DNA from: an uncultured Gemmatimonadales bacterium
Lineage (GTDB): Bacteria; Gemmatimonadota; Gemmatimonadetes; Longimicrobiales; Gaopeijiaceae
Length of the DNA: 64,000 nucleotides
NCBI GenBank assembly: GCA_963809895.1
Contig: CAWELD010000003.1
Span: forward strand, 2,816,001 to 2,880,000
Direction: 5' to 3'
How positions within the stretch are numbered: position 1 is the first letter of the stretch; each line of letters begins with the position of its first letter. The position numbers were made by a program, and so were the translations under genes. Below, in pieces: positions 33,435 to 43,257 of the stretch. Under the pieces are notes generated by a model. That model was not told where the DNA came from. It saw nothing but the letters and a program-made list of their open reading frames with translations, and made no database searches.

Positions 33435-33950
33435 ATTTCCGATCCACGCGTCAACGACCAGATCCGTATCAGCCCTGTTCGACTGATCGGAGCCGACGGA
33501 GAACAGGTGGGCATCGTTTCGCTGGACCAGGCTCGGGAGCGGGCCGATGCGGCGGGCCTCGACATGGTCGAGGTGGCGGCTCAGGCGCGGCCGCCGGTGG
33601 TGAAGCTGATGGACTGGGGCAAGTACCGGTACGAACAACAGAAGAAGGCCCGCGAGGCCCGGAAGAACCAGACGCACCAGGAGGTCAAGGAGGTGCAGCT
33701 GCGACCCCGGACCGACGATCACGATTTCGAAGTGAAGCTCAAGCGGGCTCGCCGTTTTCTCGAGGAAGGCAATCTGGTGCGGGTGGTCCTGCGCTTTCGG
33801 GGGCGCGAGTTGCGGCGGCCCGAAGTCGGCGTGGCGACCCTGGACCGCATGATCGAAGCCACCGACGACGTTGCCCGCGTCGAGCATCGATCGAACACCA
33901 TCGAAGGCCGCCGCCTGGTGGCAATCCTGGAGCCGGACTCGAGCAACTGA
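33435..33950 (+). CDS. infC: Translation initiation factor IF-3 with an AUU start
   Basis: AGGAGG-N7-ATT in frame; PRVNDQIR..VRLI, PPVVKLMDWGKYRY, KEVQLRP, FRGRE. Confidence 0.95.
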   Translation: MSDPRVNDQIRISPVRLIGADGEQVGIVSLDQARERADAAGLDMVEVAAQARPPVVKLMDWGKYRYEQQKKAREARKNQTHQEVKEVQLRPRTDDHDFEVKLKRARRFLEEGNLVRVVLRFRGRELRRPEVGVATLDRMIEATDDVARVEHRSNTIEGRRLVAILEPDSSN

Positions 33951-34172
33951 GCCGGGAGCGCCATCCCCGGTGACGACGACGAGGTGATGGGCCCGGAGCG
34001 ACCGTGTGGCCGCCCGGGCCCATCGCCGTCCCCTGGGGTTCTATCCACGCGTGGCGTCGCATGATGCCTCCTGCCGGGCCGAGAGGGTCGGAGCCGGCGA
34101 ACGGCTCTCCTTCAATCGGGGTACGTCGCCAGGACCCACAGCAGACGGGTTCCCACCTCCACCTGATCCCTG

Positions 34173-35789
34173 ATGGACCGACGAGTCTCCCACAACGGCC
34201 GAGCGGCCATGCCCTGGCGCGCTTCCGTCGTCCCTGCGCTGATCCTGGTCGCCGGGGCCTTCGCCGTCGTGCTGGCCGGCGTCGACTCGCAGGTCTTCGA
34301 CCTCGAGCGGTATCTGGAGCCCAAGTCCCTCGACCTTCACCTGACGGCACTGGCCCTTCTCCTGATCGTCCCGAGCCGTCTGCGTCTCGGCAGCCGGGAG
34401 CCGGTGGCGGTTCTCCTGGTAGCGTTCGTCGCGTTGGGCGCCCTCTCGGCGCTGGCGGCGGTCAACCGGTGGCTCGCTCTGGAAGCCTGGGGGATCTCCT
34501 TCTCGGGGATGATCCTCTTCCTGACGGCTCGCCGGCTACCCGCCGAAGCTCGCCGCTTCGTGCTCGCCGGCGTCCTGAGCGCGGTGGTGCTGGGGGCGGG
34601 CCTGGGTGTGGCCCAGGCGTACGGACTCCAGTGGACCCTGCTGGCCGAGGCGCGGCCACCGGGCGGGACCTTCGGGAATCGCAATTTCCTCGCCCACTTC
34701 GCGGCCCTGGGTGCTCCTCCTCTTCTGGCACTCGCCGTCGGCGTCAGAGGACGAGGTTGGCGGCTCCTGACCCTCGGCGGCCTCGCGGTGCTGGTGGCGG
34801 CCGTGGTGCTCACCCGCTCCAGGGGCGCCTGGCTGGGAACCGCCGCCGGCCTGGGCGTCACGGCCGTCGCCCTGGTCCTGGGTGTCCGTCGGCGTCACCG
34901 TGCACACGCCTCGGGCGACGACGCACCCTGGTGGCGCCCGGGAAGGACCGCCGTAACCGTGCTGACGCTGGTGGTGGCGGCCGGCGTGGCCGTGGCGCTG
35001 CCGAACCGACTCCAGTGGAATTCCGAAACGCCCTACGCGGGCACGCTGAGCCGTATCGTGGACTTCCGGGAGGGGTCCGGGCGCGGGCGGATCATCCAGT
35101 ACGGGAATTCCCTGGAACTGGTGGCGGACGCGCCCGTGCTCGGTGTGGGGCCCGGGAACTGGTTCGTGCACTACCCCCGGGTGACGGAAGACGGCGACCC
35201 GTCGTTCGCCGGGCACCTCGCCATCCCCACGAACCCGTGGCCGAGCAGCGACTGGGTGGCCTTCCTCACCGAGCGGGGAGCGCTGGCGACGGTGCTGCTC
35301 CTGGGGGCCGGGCTCATCCTCTTCCTTCAGGGCGCACGCGCAGCGCTGACCGGCGCCACCGCCGAGGAGGAGCACGCCGGCGCGGCCCTCGCCGGTCTAC
35401 TGGCGGCCACGTTGGTCACGGGAGCCTTCGACGCGGTGCTCCTGCTGGCGGCGCCCACCTACATGGTCGCGGTCACGGCGGGCTCTCTGGCCACGGGTCG
35501 TGAGAGCGCCGCCGGTCATGAGGACCGGCGCTCGTGGCTGCGCTGGATCCCCATCGTGATCGCGGCGGCGCTGACGGTTGTCGCGGGGCTGCACACCCTG
35601 GCGATCGCCACCACGGCCGAGGGTCGCGATACCGGCACCTTGCTGCGCGCGGCGCGCCTGGCCCCCGGCGAGCACAGGCTGCAGTTGCTCCTGGCGGAGC
35701 GCGGGAGGTGTGATCACGCGAGAAAGGCGGCGCGGCTGATGCCGTACCACCCGGGCGTGAAATCGCTGCTGGAGGACTGCAGCCCGTAG
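34173..35789 (+). CDS. O-antigen ligase (Wzy_C)-family membrane protein
   Basis: Multi-TM; GTFGNRNFLAH, LTRSRGAWL, PVLGVGPGNW. Confidence 0.8.
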   Translation: MDRRVSHNGRAAMPWRASVVPALILVAGAFAVVLAGVDSQVFDLERYLEPKSLDLHLTALALLLIVPSRLRLGSREPVAVLLVAFVALGALSALAAVNRWLALEAWGISFSGMILFLTARRLPAEARRFVLAGVLSAVVLGAGLGVAQAYGLQWTLLAEARPPGGTFGNRNFLAHFAALGAPPLLALAVGVRGRGWRLLTLGGLAVLVAAVVLTRSRGAWLGTAAGLGVTAVALVLGVRRRHRAHASGDDAPWWRPGRTAVTVLTLVVAAGVAVALPNRLQWNSETPYAGTLSRIVDFREGSGRGRIIQYGNSLELVADAPVLGVGPGNWFVHYPRVTEDGDPSFAGHLAIPTNPWPSSDWVAFLTERGALATVLLLGAGLILFLQGARAALTGATAEEEHAGAALAGLLAATLVTGAFDAVLLLAAPTYMVAVTAGSLATGRESAAGHEDRRSWLRWIPIVIAAALTVVAGLHTLAIATTAEGRDTGTLLRAARLAPGEHRLQLLLAERGRCDHARKAARLMPYHPGVKSLLEDCSP

Positions 35790-35827
35790 AAGCCGGGCCT
35801 GCCGCGGGACCTCCAGAACGACGAATG

Positions 35828-35859
35828 CCCGGGCGGCCGCGGTCGTGCGACCGCCCGGG
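35828..35859. terminator. Hairpin between convergent genes
   Basis: CCCGGGCGGCCGC...GCGACCGCCCGGG. Confidence 0.6.
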
Positions 35860-35869
35860 GTCAACCGAT

Positions 35870-36163
35870 TCAGTCGCGGACGCGGTCCTTCAGCCCACGA
35901 CCGGCGCGGAAGGTCGGAACCGTCATGGCCGGGATCGTGATGGACTTCCCGGTGCGGGGGTTGCGCCCCTCGCGAGCCTTGCGATGCCGCGTGCCGAACG
36001 TGCCGAAGCCGGTGATGGTGAAGTCGCGACCGGCATCGAGCTCGACGGCAATGATCCCCTCGCGGGGCTCGGTGGAGAAGATGGCGTCGATCACATCCTT
36101 CGCCTTCGCCTTCGAGAGGTCGGTCTTCTTCGCCAGCTTCTCCGCGAACTCGTCCTTCGTCAT
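35870..36163 (-). CDS. hup: HU-family DNA-binding protein
   Basis: MTKDEF..., GFGTF, GRNPRTG, PTFRAG. Confidence 0.95.
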   Translation of the reverse strand: MTKDEFAEKLAKKTDLSKAKAKDVIDAIFSTEPREGIIAVELDAGRDFTITGFGTFGTRHRKAREGRNPRTGKSITIPAMTVPTFRAGRGLKDRVRD

Positions 36164-36350
36164 CCGATCATCTCCCGCGTGGGGTGTGGAGGAGTTGGAT
36201 GCGGGAAGCATTCCCTCCCACATCGGCGGGGGCACGAAGGCGCCTCCGTCCTAGCGACACTACATCCCCCGAGGCTCAGGCTCAAGCGTGTTCCGTGGAT
36301 CGGTCTCGGCGAAATCCCTCGCCTCGACCCCCCGCGAGTCATCAGGGGTC

Positions 36351-36379
36351 TTGACGGCGAAGCTTGTCGACGCCATCAT
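36351..36379 (+). promoter_or_regulatory. sigma70 promoter for csp (about 190-nt 5' UTR)
   Basis: TTGACG-N17-CATCAT. Confidence 0.55.
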
Positions 36380-36572
36380 AGCGACGTTGCGAGCACGTGC
36401 CGGGAGAGGCCCCGGATCCAGTGTACAGAGGACCTGGACGCAGTATGTCCGGTCCTCTTTTTTCTAACACCGCAACACCGAGCGGGCGCGGAATCCGCCC
36501 GAGTTCGACTGATGATCCGTTGGTGAGGACTAGTCCAGACCCGGTCATCGTCACAAGCACCAGGAGTCTGGT

Positions 36573-36782
36573 ATGCGCACCACCGGAACCGTGAAGTGGT
36601 TCAACGATCAGAAGGGCTTTGGCTTCATCACGCCCGAGGACGGCGGTAAGGACTGCTTCGTCCACCACTCCGCCATTCAGGGCTCGGGCTTCAAGTCCCT
36701 GAACGAAGGCGAGAAGGTCGAGTTCGACGTCGTGCAGGGCCAGAAGGGCCCCGCGGCTGAGAACGTCACCCGCCTCGGCTGA
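36573..36782 (+). CDS. csp: Cold-shock protein
   Basis: GTVKWFN, KGFGFI (RNP1), FVHHS (RNP2). Confidence 0.98.
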   Translation: MRTTGTVKWFNDQKGFGFITPEDGGKDCFVHHSAIQGSGFKSLNEGEKVEFDVVQGQKGPAAENVTRLG

Positions 36783-36784
36783 CC

Positions 36785-36820
36785 GAGCGGGCGGACTTTC
36801 CGCCGTCTGGGAGCCCGCTC
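36785..36820 (+). terminator. Hairpin after csp
   Basis: GAGCGGGC...GCCCGCTC. Confidence 0.45.
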
Positions 36821-36958
36821 CCAGCCATCTTCACGGGCCAGTCCGGACAATCCGGGCTGGCCCGCGTTGCGTCCAGAGGGGATTCTCCCCACCGCCGGTT
36901 CAGCGACTTCCCCGCAGCATCCGCTATTCCCCTCCGACCTCACGTCCCCTATCTTGGT

Positions 36959-36979
36959 TGAGACTCGCTTTCATTCTCA
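36959..36979. promoter_or_regulatory. Fur-box-like site upstream of feoA
   Basis: TGAGACTCGCTTTCATTCTCA resembles overlapping 7-1-7 TGATAAT-n-ATTATCA elements. Confidence 0.45.
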
Positions 36980-37049
36980 GCCACCTCCGGCGTGGCCTCG
37001 ACGCCCCCGGAGACCTCGAGGAACCGAGCCCTTGGCACTTCCGCTTCAG

Positions 37050-37334
37050 ATGATCGAGACCCAGGCCACCGCGCCTGATGTCGCACGGGAGCCGGAGCGA
37101 TTCCTGGACGACATCGCGCTGCGCGAGGTGGTCGAGCTCGTACGCATCGATCTGCCGGCGGACGAAGTGGAGCCGCTCCTGGAGCGAGGAATCCTCCCGG
37201 GCTGTCAGCTGTGCCCCGTCCGCATGTCGCCGGCGGGTGACCCCATCGTCATGGTGGAAGGCTCGCTCCTGGCGCTTCGGCGTGAGACCGCCTGCTGCCT
37301 GTGCGTGAAGCAGCCGGGCCGCGCCTCCGACTGA
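37050..37334 (+). CDS. feoA: FeoA-family protein, Cys-rich
   Basis: LLERGILPG, SPAGDPI, LALRRE; directly before feoB. Confidence 0.85.
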   Translation: MIETQATAPDVAREPERFLDDIALREVVELVRIDLPADEVEPLLERGILPGCQLCPVRMSPAGDPIVMVEGSLLALRRETACCLCVKQPGRASD

Positions 37335-37346
37335 TCCCGACCGGCG

Positions 37347-39278
37347 GTGTCCACCCCTCCCCTGGCCGGTAGCCACAGGGAATCCCTGACGACCGTCCAG
37401 GCTCCATCACGAGGCGAGCCGCCGCTGGTGGCGCTGGTGGGTCCGCCCAACTCGGGCAAGTCCACGCTCTTCAACCAGCTCACGGGCCTCCGCCAGAAGG
37501 TCGCCAACTACCCCGGCGTCACCGTCGAAAAGCACGTCGGCCAGGCGCGCCTCGACGACGGCAGGTTCGTCGAGTTGGTGGACCTCCCCGGCGTGAACGG
37601 CTTTTCGGCCCGTACCCTGGACGAGCGCGTGACCCGCGACGTGCTGGAAGGCCGGGCTCCCGGGCTGCGCGCGCCCGACGCCCTGGTCCTGATCGTGGAC
37701 TCCACGCGGCTCGAGTCGCAGCTCATGCTGGTGGAGCCCATTCTCGAGCTGGACCTGCCCACCATGTTGGTCCTCAACATGTCCGACGAGCTCGAGCGTC
37801 GTGGCGGCCGGGTCAACGATTCCGCGCTGGCGCAGGAGCTCGGCGTCGAGGTCGTCCGCTCCAACGCCCGGGCCGGCGAGGGGCTGGACGGAATCCGCGC
37901 GTTCCTGGCGCGGGCCGCCGACCACGGACCACGGCCGGAACGGCCGCCGCGGACCGTCGCCAACGTCTCCCGGAGCGTCAAGCTGCCGGTCGTCGACGTG
38001 TTCGCGGACCGCAGGCGACGCATCCGGGAGGTGGGCCGCAAGGCGGATTTCGCTCCGCCCGGACCGTCGCGCCTGACGGACCGTCTCGATTCCGTCTTCC
38101 TGCATCGTGTCTTCGGCCCACTCGTCTTCCTTGCGGTGGTGGTGCTGGTCTTCCAGTCCATCTTCACCTGGGCGGTCCCCCTCATGGACGGGCTGGACTT
38201 CCTCATCACCTCGTCGGGACAGTGGGTGGCCACCCGCCTGCCCGACACCTGGTTCCGCTCCCTCCTCATCGACGGCGTCTGGACCGGGGTGGGCTCGGTG
38301 CTCGTGTTCCTTCCGCAGATCCTGATCCTCTTCCTCTTCCTCGGGGTTCTGGAAGATTCGGGCTACATGGCGCGCGCCGCGGTCATCGCCGATCGGCTCA
38401 TGTACCGGGTGGGGCTCCAGGGACGGGCCTTCCTGCCCCTGCTGTCCGCCTACGCCTGCGCCGTACCCGCCATCCTGTCCGCCAGGACAGTGGAGAACGA
38501 GAGGGACCGCTTGGCCACCATCTTCGTGGCCCCCTTCATGACCTGCTCGGCGCGCCTTCCGGTGTACGCCCTGCTCATCGCCGCCTTCATCCCCGAGAAG
38601 AAGCTCCTGGGGCCCGTCATGGGCACGCGGGCAGCCACGCTTCTGGGCCTCTACCTCCTCGGCGCTCTCGCGGCGGTGGTCACGGCGTTCCTCCTGAAGC
38701 GAACGTTGCTACGCGGGCAACGGTCGTCGTTTCTCATGGAGCTGCCGCCGTATCGGGTTCCCTCGCTCAAGTCGCTGGCGCTGCGACTCCTGGATCGGAG
38801 CCGCATCTTCCTGCGCCGCGCCGGTCGGATCATCCTGGCCGTCACCGTCGTGCTGTGGGCCCTCACCCAGCTCCCGCTCCGCCAGGGGCAGGCGCCACCC
38901 ATCGGCGACAGCGTGCTCGGCCAGATGGGCAAGGTCATCGAGCCGGCGATCCGTCCGCTGGGCTTCGACTGGCGCATCGGTGTGGGGTTGGTGTCCTCGC
39001 TCTCGGCCCGCGAGGTCATCGTCGGCACGCTGGGCACCATCTACGGCGTCGAGAACGCCGACGAGGGATCCATCCAGCTCCAGGCGGCGCTGAAGCAGCA
39101 CATGGACCTGGGCAGCGCCGTGGCCCTGCTGGTCTTCTTCGCGTTCGCCCTGCAGTGCATGTCCACCGTGGCGGTGATGAAACGCGAGACCGCGGGCTGG
39201 CGATGGCCGACCCTGCAGTTCCTCTACATGCTCGGACTGGCCTACGGAGGCGCCTTCCTGGCCAACTGGCTAATCTGA
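37347..39278 (+). CDS. feoB: Ferrous iron transporter B
   Basis: GPPNSGKS, NYPGVT, DLPG, NMSD GTPase motifs; LEDSGYMARAA, CSARLP, ELPPYR. Confidence 0.96.
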   Translation: MSTPPLAGSHRESLTTVQAPSRGEPPLVALVGPPNSGKSTLFNQLTGLRQKVANYPGVTVEKHVGQARLDDGRFVELVDLPGVNGFSARTLDERVTRDVLEGRAPGLRAPDALVLIVDSTRLESQLMLVEPILELDLPTMLVLNMSDELERRGGRVNDSALAQELGVEVVRSNARAGEGLDGIRAFLARAADHGPRPERPPRTVANVSRSVKLPVVDVFADRRRRIREVGRKADFAPPGPSRLTDRLDSVFLHRVFGPLVFLAVVVLVFQSIFTWAVPLMDGLDFLITSSGQWVATRLPDTWFRSLLIDGVWTGVGSVLVFLPQILILFLFLGVLEDSGYMARAAVIADRLMYRVGLQGRAFLPLLSAYACAVPAILSARTVENERDRLATIFVAPFMTCSARLPVYALLIAAFIPEKKLLGPVMGTRAATLLGLYLLGALAAVVTAFLLKRTLLRGQRSSFLMELPPYRVPSLKSLALRLLDRSRIFLRRAGRIILAVTVVLWALTQLPLRQGQAPPIGDSVLGQMGKVIEPAIRPLGFDWRIGVGLVSSLSAREVIVGTLGTIYGVENADEGSIQLQAALKQHMDLGSAVALLVFFAFALQCMSTVAVMKRETAGWRWPTLQFLYMLGLAYGGAFLANWLI

Positions 39279-39281
39279 GGC

Positions 39282-40526
39282 ATGGAGCTCTCACTGCTGG
39301 CCCAACTCGGGCTCGCCCTCGGACTCGGCCTGCTGGTCGGGCTGGAACGCGAATGGGCCGTGGACGAAGTCGCCGGCATTCGCACCTTCGCCCTGATCAC
39401 GGTCCTGGGCACCCTGGCATCGACGCTGGCCGTCTCGTTCGGGGGATGGATCGTGGCCGCCGGCGGAGCCGGGCTCGCCGCGCTCATCGCGGTGGCCAAC
39501 TTCGCCCGCCAACGAACGCCGTCGCCAGACACGGGCATCACGACGGAGGTCGCGGCACTGGTGATGTTCCTGGTGGGCGCGGCCATCCCCCTGGGCTACG
39601 TGGTCCCGGCCATCGTGCTCGGGGGGAGCGTGGCCGTGCTGCTCCACTGGAAGGTTCCCCTGCACACCTTCACCGAGCGCATCGGCAAGGACGACTTCGC
39701 CGCCATCATCCGCCTCGTGCTGGTGGCGCTGGTCATCCTGCCTCTGCTGCCCGACCGGGACATGGGCCCCTTCCAGGTCCTGAACCCCTTCCGCATCTGG
39801 CTCATGGTGGTGCTGATCGTGAGCATCAGCACCGCCGGGTACGTGGCTTCGAAGATCTTCGGGGACCGCACGGGGTCGCTGGCGAGCGGACTGCTCGGCG
39901 GCCTCATCTCCAGTACCGCCACCACCGTCAGCTACGCGCGCCGCACCGTGGATCGGCCCCGGCGGAGTCCCGCCGCGACGCTGGTCATCACCCTGGCGTC
40001 GGCGGTGGTCTTCGGGCGGGTCCTGGTCGAGGTCGCGCTGGTGGCGCCCGGGCACTTCCGCCAGACGGCTGGACCCCTCGGCGCCATGTTGGCGCTGATG
40101 GCGCTGCTGTCCGTGGTGCTGCTGGCCACGACGCGAGGCGGGGAAGAAGAGGAGGTGAGGGACCGTGGACCACCGTCGGACCTCATGGCCGCCATCGTTT
40201 TCGCGCTCCTCTACGCCGCCGTGCTCCTCGGCGTGGCTCTAGCGCGCGAAAACCTGGGGCGTGGCGGACTCTTCGTGGTGGCCGCGCTGTCGGGGCTCAC
40301 CGACGTGGACGCCATCACGCTGTCCACCGCCCAGCTCATGAAGAGTGGCGGCCTGGAGCCGACGCTCGGCTGGAAGGTCATCCAGGTCGGCGCGCTCTCC
40401 AACCTGGTGTTCAAAGGCGGAATCGTGGTGGCGCTGGGCCACCGACGGCTCCGCTCGCGAATCCTGGGCGTGTTCGGGCTGGGCCTCGCCGGGGGGCTGG
40501 CGCTTCTGCTCCTGTGGCCGGGTTGA
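39282..40526 (+). CDS. MgtC/SapB N-terminal plus DUF4010-type membrane protein
   Basis: GLLVGLERE, AGIRTFALI, GITTE, GGLISSTATT, GLTDVDAI. Confidence 0.88.
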   Translation: MELSLLAQLGLALGLGLLVGLEREWAVDEVAGIRTFALITVLGTLASTLAVSFGGWIVAAGGAGLAALIAVANFARQRTPSPDTGITTEVAALVMFLVGAAIPLGYVVPAIVLGGSVAVLLHWKVPLHTFTERIGKDDFAAIIRLVLVALVILPLLPDRDMGPFQVLNPFRIWLMVVLIVSISTAGYVASKIFGDRTGSLASGLLGGLISSTATTVSYARRTVDRPRRSPAATLVITLASAVVFGRVLVEVALVAPGHFRQTAGPLGAMLALMALLSVVLLATTRGGEEEEVRDRGPPSDLMAAIVFALLYAAVLLGVALARENLGRGGLFVVAALSGLTDVDAITLSTAQLMKSGGLEPTLGWKVIQVGALSNLVFKGGIVVALGHRRLRSRILGVFGLGLAGGLALLLLWPG

Positions 40527-40542
40527 GCGTGCCCGGCCGCCC

Positions 40543-41097
40543 TCAGTCCGCCGAGGCGGCCCGGTCGATGGCGTCGCCGCCCCCGGGCAACATGAGGTCT
40601 TCCAGAAAGTAGGCCGCCAGCTCGGCCCGACCCGACAAACCCGCCTTCTGATACACCATCACCGAGTGCTGCCGCACCGTGCGCTCCGAACGGTCCGTCT
40701 CACGGGCGATGGCCTTGTGACTCTTGCCCTTGAGCAGGTGCAGGGCGACCTCGCGCTCCGTGGGGGTCAGGCCCCACGTATCGAACTGGCGGTCGATGGC
40801 CTCGGCCAGACCCTGCAACGCTCGACGGGCACTGGCACGCCACTCGTCCCGCTCCGCGCGGCGCTCCTCGAGGGACTCACGGACCCTGGCCACCTCGTGC
40901 TCCGCCTTCCACCAGCCCATCCACACCACCACGGCCATGGCGAGGGCGACGACGTAGGTCAGGAGGTCCAGCATCACGTGCAGCGAGAGCCACCGCTCCG
41001 GCGAATCCAGCACGAGATTCACGCCGCCGGCTGCGACGAAGACCAGCAACAACGACGCGAGGGCGACTCTCAGCCCTCGACGTGACTCCGCGTCCAT
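40543..41097 (-). CDS. Membrane-anchored LuxR-family regulator
   Basis: Two TM helices, coiled coil, LTPTEREVA...GKSHKAIA...SERTVRQH HTH. Confidence 0.88.
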   Translation of the reverse strand: MDAESRRGLRVALASLLLVFVAAGGVNLVLDSPERWLSLHVMLDLLTYVVALAMAVVVWMGWWKAEHEVARVRESLEERRAERDEWRASARRALQGLAEAIDRQFDTWGLTPTEREVALHLLKGKSHKAIARETDRSERTVRQHSVMVYQKAGLSGRAELAAYFLEDLMLPGGGDAIDRAASAD

Positions 41098-41104
41098 CGG
41101 ACCT

Positions 41105-41153
41105 CTGTCATTTGCCGGAGTTGCGTGCGCCCCCACCCCTGTCCCATGCCGGA
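41105..41153. repeat. Direct repeat CTGTCnnnTGCCGGA (x2), candidate LuxR operator
   Basis: Copies at 41105-41119 and 41139-41153; a degenerate copy at 41160-41173. Confidence 0.45.
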
Positions 41154-41292
41154 TGGCCTCTGCCCTGCCCGGATCGGAGGTTCAAGGGTGGCCGGTTCGA
41201 TACCTGGCGAGCCCGCCGAAATGTCGAGCCTCCCACCCGGATGGACAATCCACCGGGCGCAACGCTCAGGTTCCGAGAAGCCGGAACGAACG

Positions 41293-42357
41293 ATGAGAAT
41301 CACGCGATGGGTCGCTACGATGGGTGGACTCCTGCTCATGCAGGCCTGCGGAGGTGAGTCCGCCCGCCAGTCTGCCACCGACGCCGTGCCTGCCACCCGG
41401 GCCGCGGCCCTGCAGGCGTTCCAACCCCTGCCCGAAGCCATGCCGTCGGAGAGCAACCCGATGACGCCGGCGAAGGTGGATCTGGGGCGCATGCTCTACT
41501 ACGACACTCGCCTTTCCAGCAGCGGTGACATCTCCTGCTACGTCTGTCATCCGCTCCACGACTACGGCACCAGCCACCGCGCCACGGGGGTGGGCCACGA
41601 CGCCCTGCCCGGCGGCCGCAACGAGCCCACCGTCTACAACGCCGCAGGCCACGTCGCGCAGTTCTGGGACGGTCGTGCGCCCGACGTGGAAGCGCAGGCC
41701 CTCGGCCCGGTGCTGAACCCCGTCGAGATGGGGATGGCCGATGGCCCGTCCGTGCTGGCGGTGCTCCAGGGGATCCCCGGCTACGTGGACGCCTTCCACA
41801 CGGCGTTCCCCGACGACGCCGCGCCCCTGACCTTCGAAAACGTGGGACGAGCGATCGCCGCCTTCGAGCGCGGTCTGGTGACCCCCTCTCGCTGGGATCG
41901 CTATCTGGAGGGAGACGTCGCGGCCTTGAGCCCCGAAGAAGTGTCGGGCTTCGATGCCTTCGTCGAGACGGGATGCGCGCAATGCCACACAGGTCCTTAC
42001 GTGGGTGGCGCGTTCTACCAGAAGGCCGGACTGGTGAATCCCTGGTTCCGCCTGGACGACGCAGGTCGTTTCCAGGTGACGGGCGATCCCGCCGACCGCA
42101 TGGTCTTCAAGGTCCCGTCACTCCGGAACGTCGAAGAGACGTGGCCCTACTTCCACGACGGCTCGGTCCAGCGTCTGGAAGACGCGGTCCGCCTCATGGC
42201 GTGGCATCAGACCGGCCGGGAGCTGAACGAGACTCAGGTGGCGTCCATCGTCACCTGGCTCCGGACGCTGACCGGACCCGTGGACTACGAGTACATCAAC
42301 GAGCCGCGCCTTCCGGCCTCACCGGCCTCGAGCCTCTCTTCGGAGCCGCTTCGCTGA
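41293..42357 (+). CDS. ccp: Di-heme cytochrome c peroxidase (lipoprotein)
   Basis: MQAC lipobox; CYVCH and CAQCH; QFWDGRA, NPVEM, FKVPSLRNV, PYFHDG. Confidence 0.93.
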   Translation: MRITRWVATMGGLLLMQACGGESARQSATDAVPATRAAALQAFQPLPEAMPSESNPMTPAKVDLGRMLYYDTRLSSSGDISCYVCHPLHDYGTSHRATGVGHDALPGGRNEPTVYNAAGHVAQFWDGRAPDVEAQALGPVLNPVEMGMADGPSVLAVLQGIPGYVDAFHTAFPDDAAPLTFENVGRAIAAFERGLVTPSRWDRYLEGDVAALSPEEVSGFDAFVETGCAQCHTGPYVGGAFYQKAGLVNPWFRLDDAGRFQVTGDPADRMVFKVPSLRNVEETWPYFHDGSVQRLEDAVRLMAWHQTGRELNETQVASIVTWLRTLTGPVDYEYINEPRLPASPASSLSSEPLR

Positions 42358-42384
42358 AGCGATAGGGCTCCCTGGGTGGACCGG

Positions 42385-43035
42385 TCAGCGCAGTTCGCGG
42401 TGCCGGTCCACCCAGTAGCTCCAGGGCACGAAGATCCAGAGCGCGAGGCCGCTCACGGCCAGCGTCCGGACGTCGGGAGGGGGCGGCCCCAGCCCCGCCG
42501 CCAGATAGGCGACCGCCAGGAACGCGACCATGGCCACGAATCCCCAGCGGCCCACGCCGTCCACGGCGCGCGTGGTCCGCGCGTAGAGCCACACGCCCAG
42601 GGCGAAGAACCCTCCTTCCAGCACCAGCGTCGCGGCCATGGAGTTCCAGAGCCCCAGCCCGACGCGCATACCGGATCCGGGCCACAAGGGCAGATCCGGG
42701 CGATGCACGATCACATCCAGGAACCAGTGACTCACGACCACCGACCCCACCACGAGCGCGCCACGCCGATCTCGCCGGATGCCCAGGTAGACGAGCCCCA
42801 ACAGGAGTCCCCACAGCACGGCGAAGAGCAGGCTGTGGGTAAAGGGATAGTGCACGAAATCCAGTGGACTCGCCGCCATGAGTCCGGGCTCGATGCGGAC
42901 GCGCTCGATACCGAGAAGGAGGAGCACCGGCCAGACCTCGTCGGCGAGCTGTGCGGCCAACACCAGCGTGCCCAGCGAGGTCCTGGGCGCCGCCCGTTTC
43001 GAGCCCAGTGCGACGGCGTAGTGACCGAGAAACAT
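42385..43035 (-). CDS. YdjM-like membrane-bound metal-dependent hydrolase
   Basis: MFLGHY, AQLADE, THSL, SHWFLD. Confidence 0.8.
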   Translation of the reverse strand: MFLGHYAVALGSKRAAPRTSLGTLVLAAQLADEVWPVLLLLGIERVRIEPGLMAASPLDFVHYPFTHSLLFAVLWGLLLGLVYLGIRRDRRGALVVGSVVVSHWFLDVIVHRPDLPLWPGSGMRVGLGLWNSMAATLVLEGGFFALGVWLYARTTRAVDGVGRWGFVAMVAFLAVAYLAAGLGPPPPDVRTLAVSGLALWIFVPWSYWVDRHRELR

Positions 43036-43257
43036 GTCTTCGTCCAGGAGGGAGGGATGGTCCCTGGAGGATACACGTCCGCCCGACCCCACCGCGAGTC
43101 GCGACTTCGCCGCCCCGCGGCCCGGCAGGGACCCGCGGCGCCCATGAGGTGTCGAACAGCCGACGGCAAGGCGTGCCGCCGGGAGTCGGCCGGGCGCGGC
43201 TCCGAGACTCTCCGTCCCGCCAGGGCTCCCAGGACTTCCAGGAAAGGACCGACAGAC

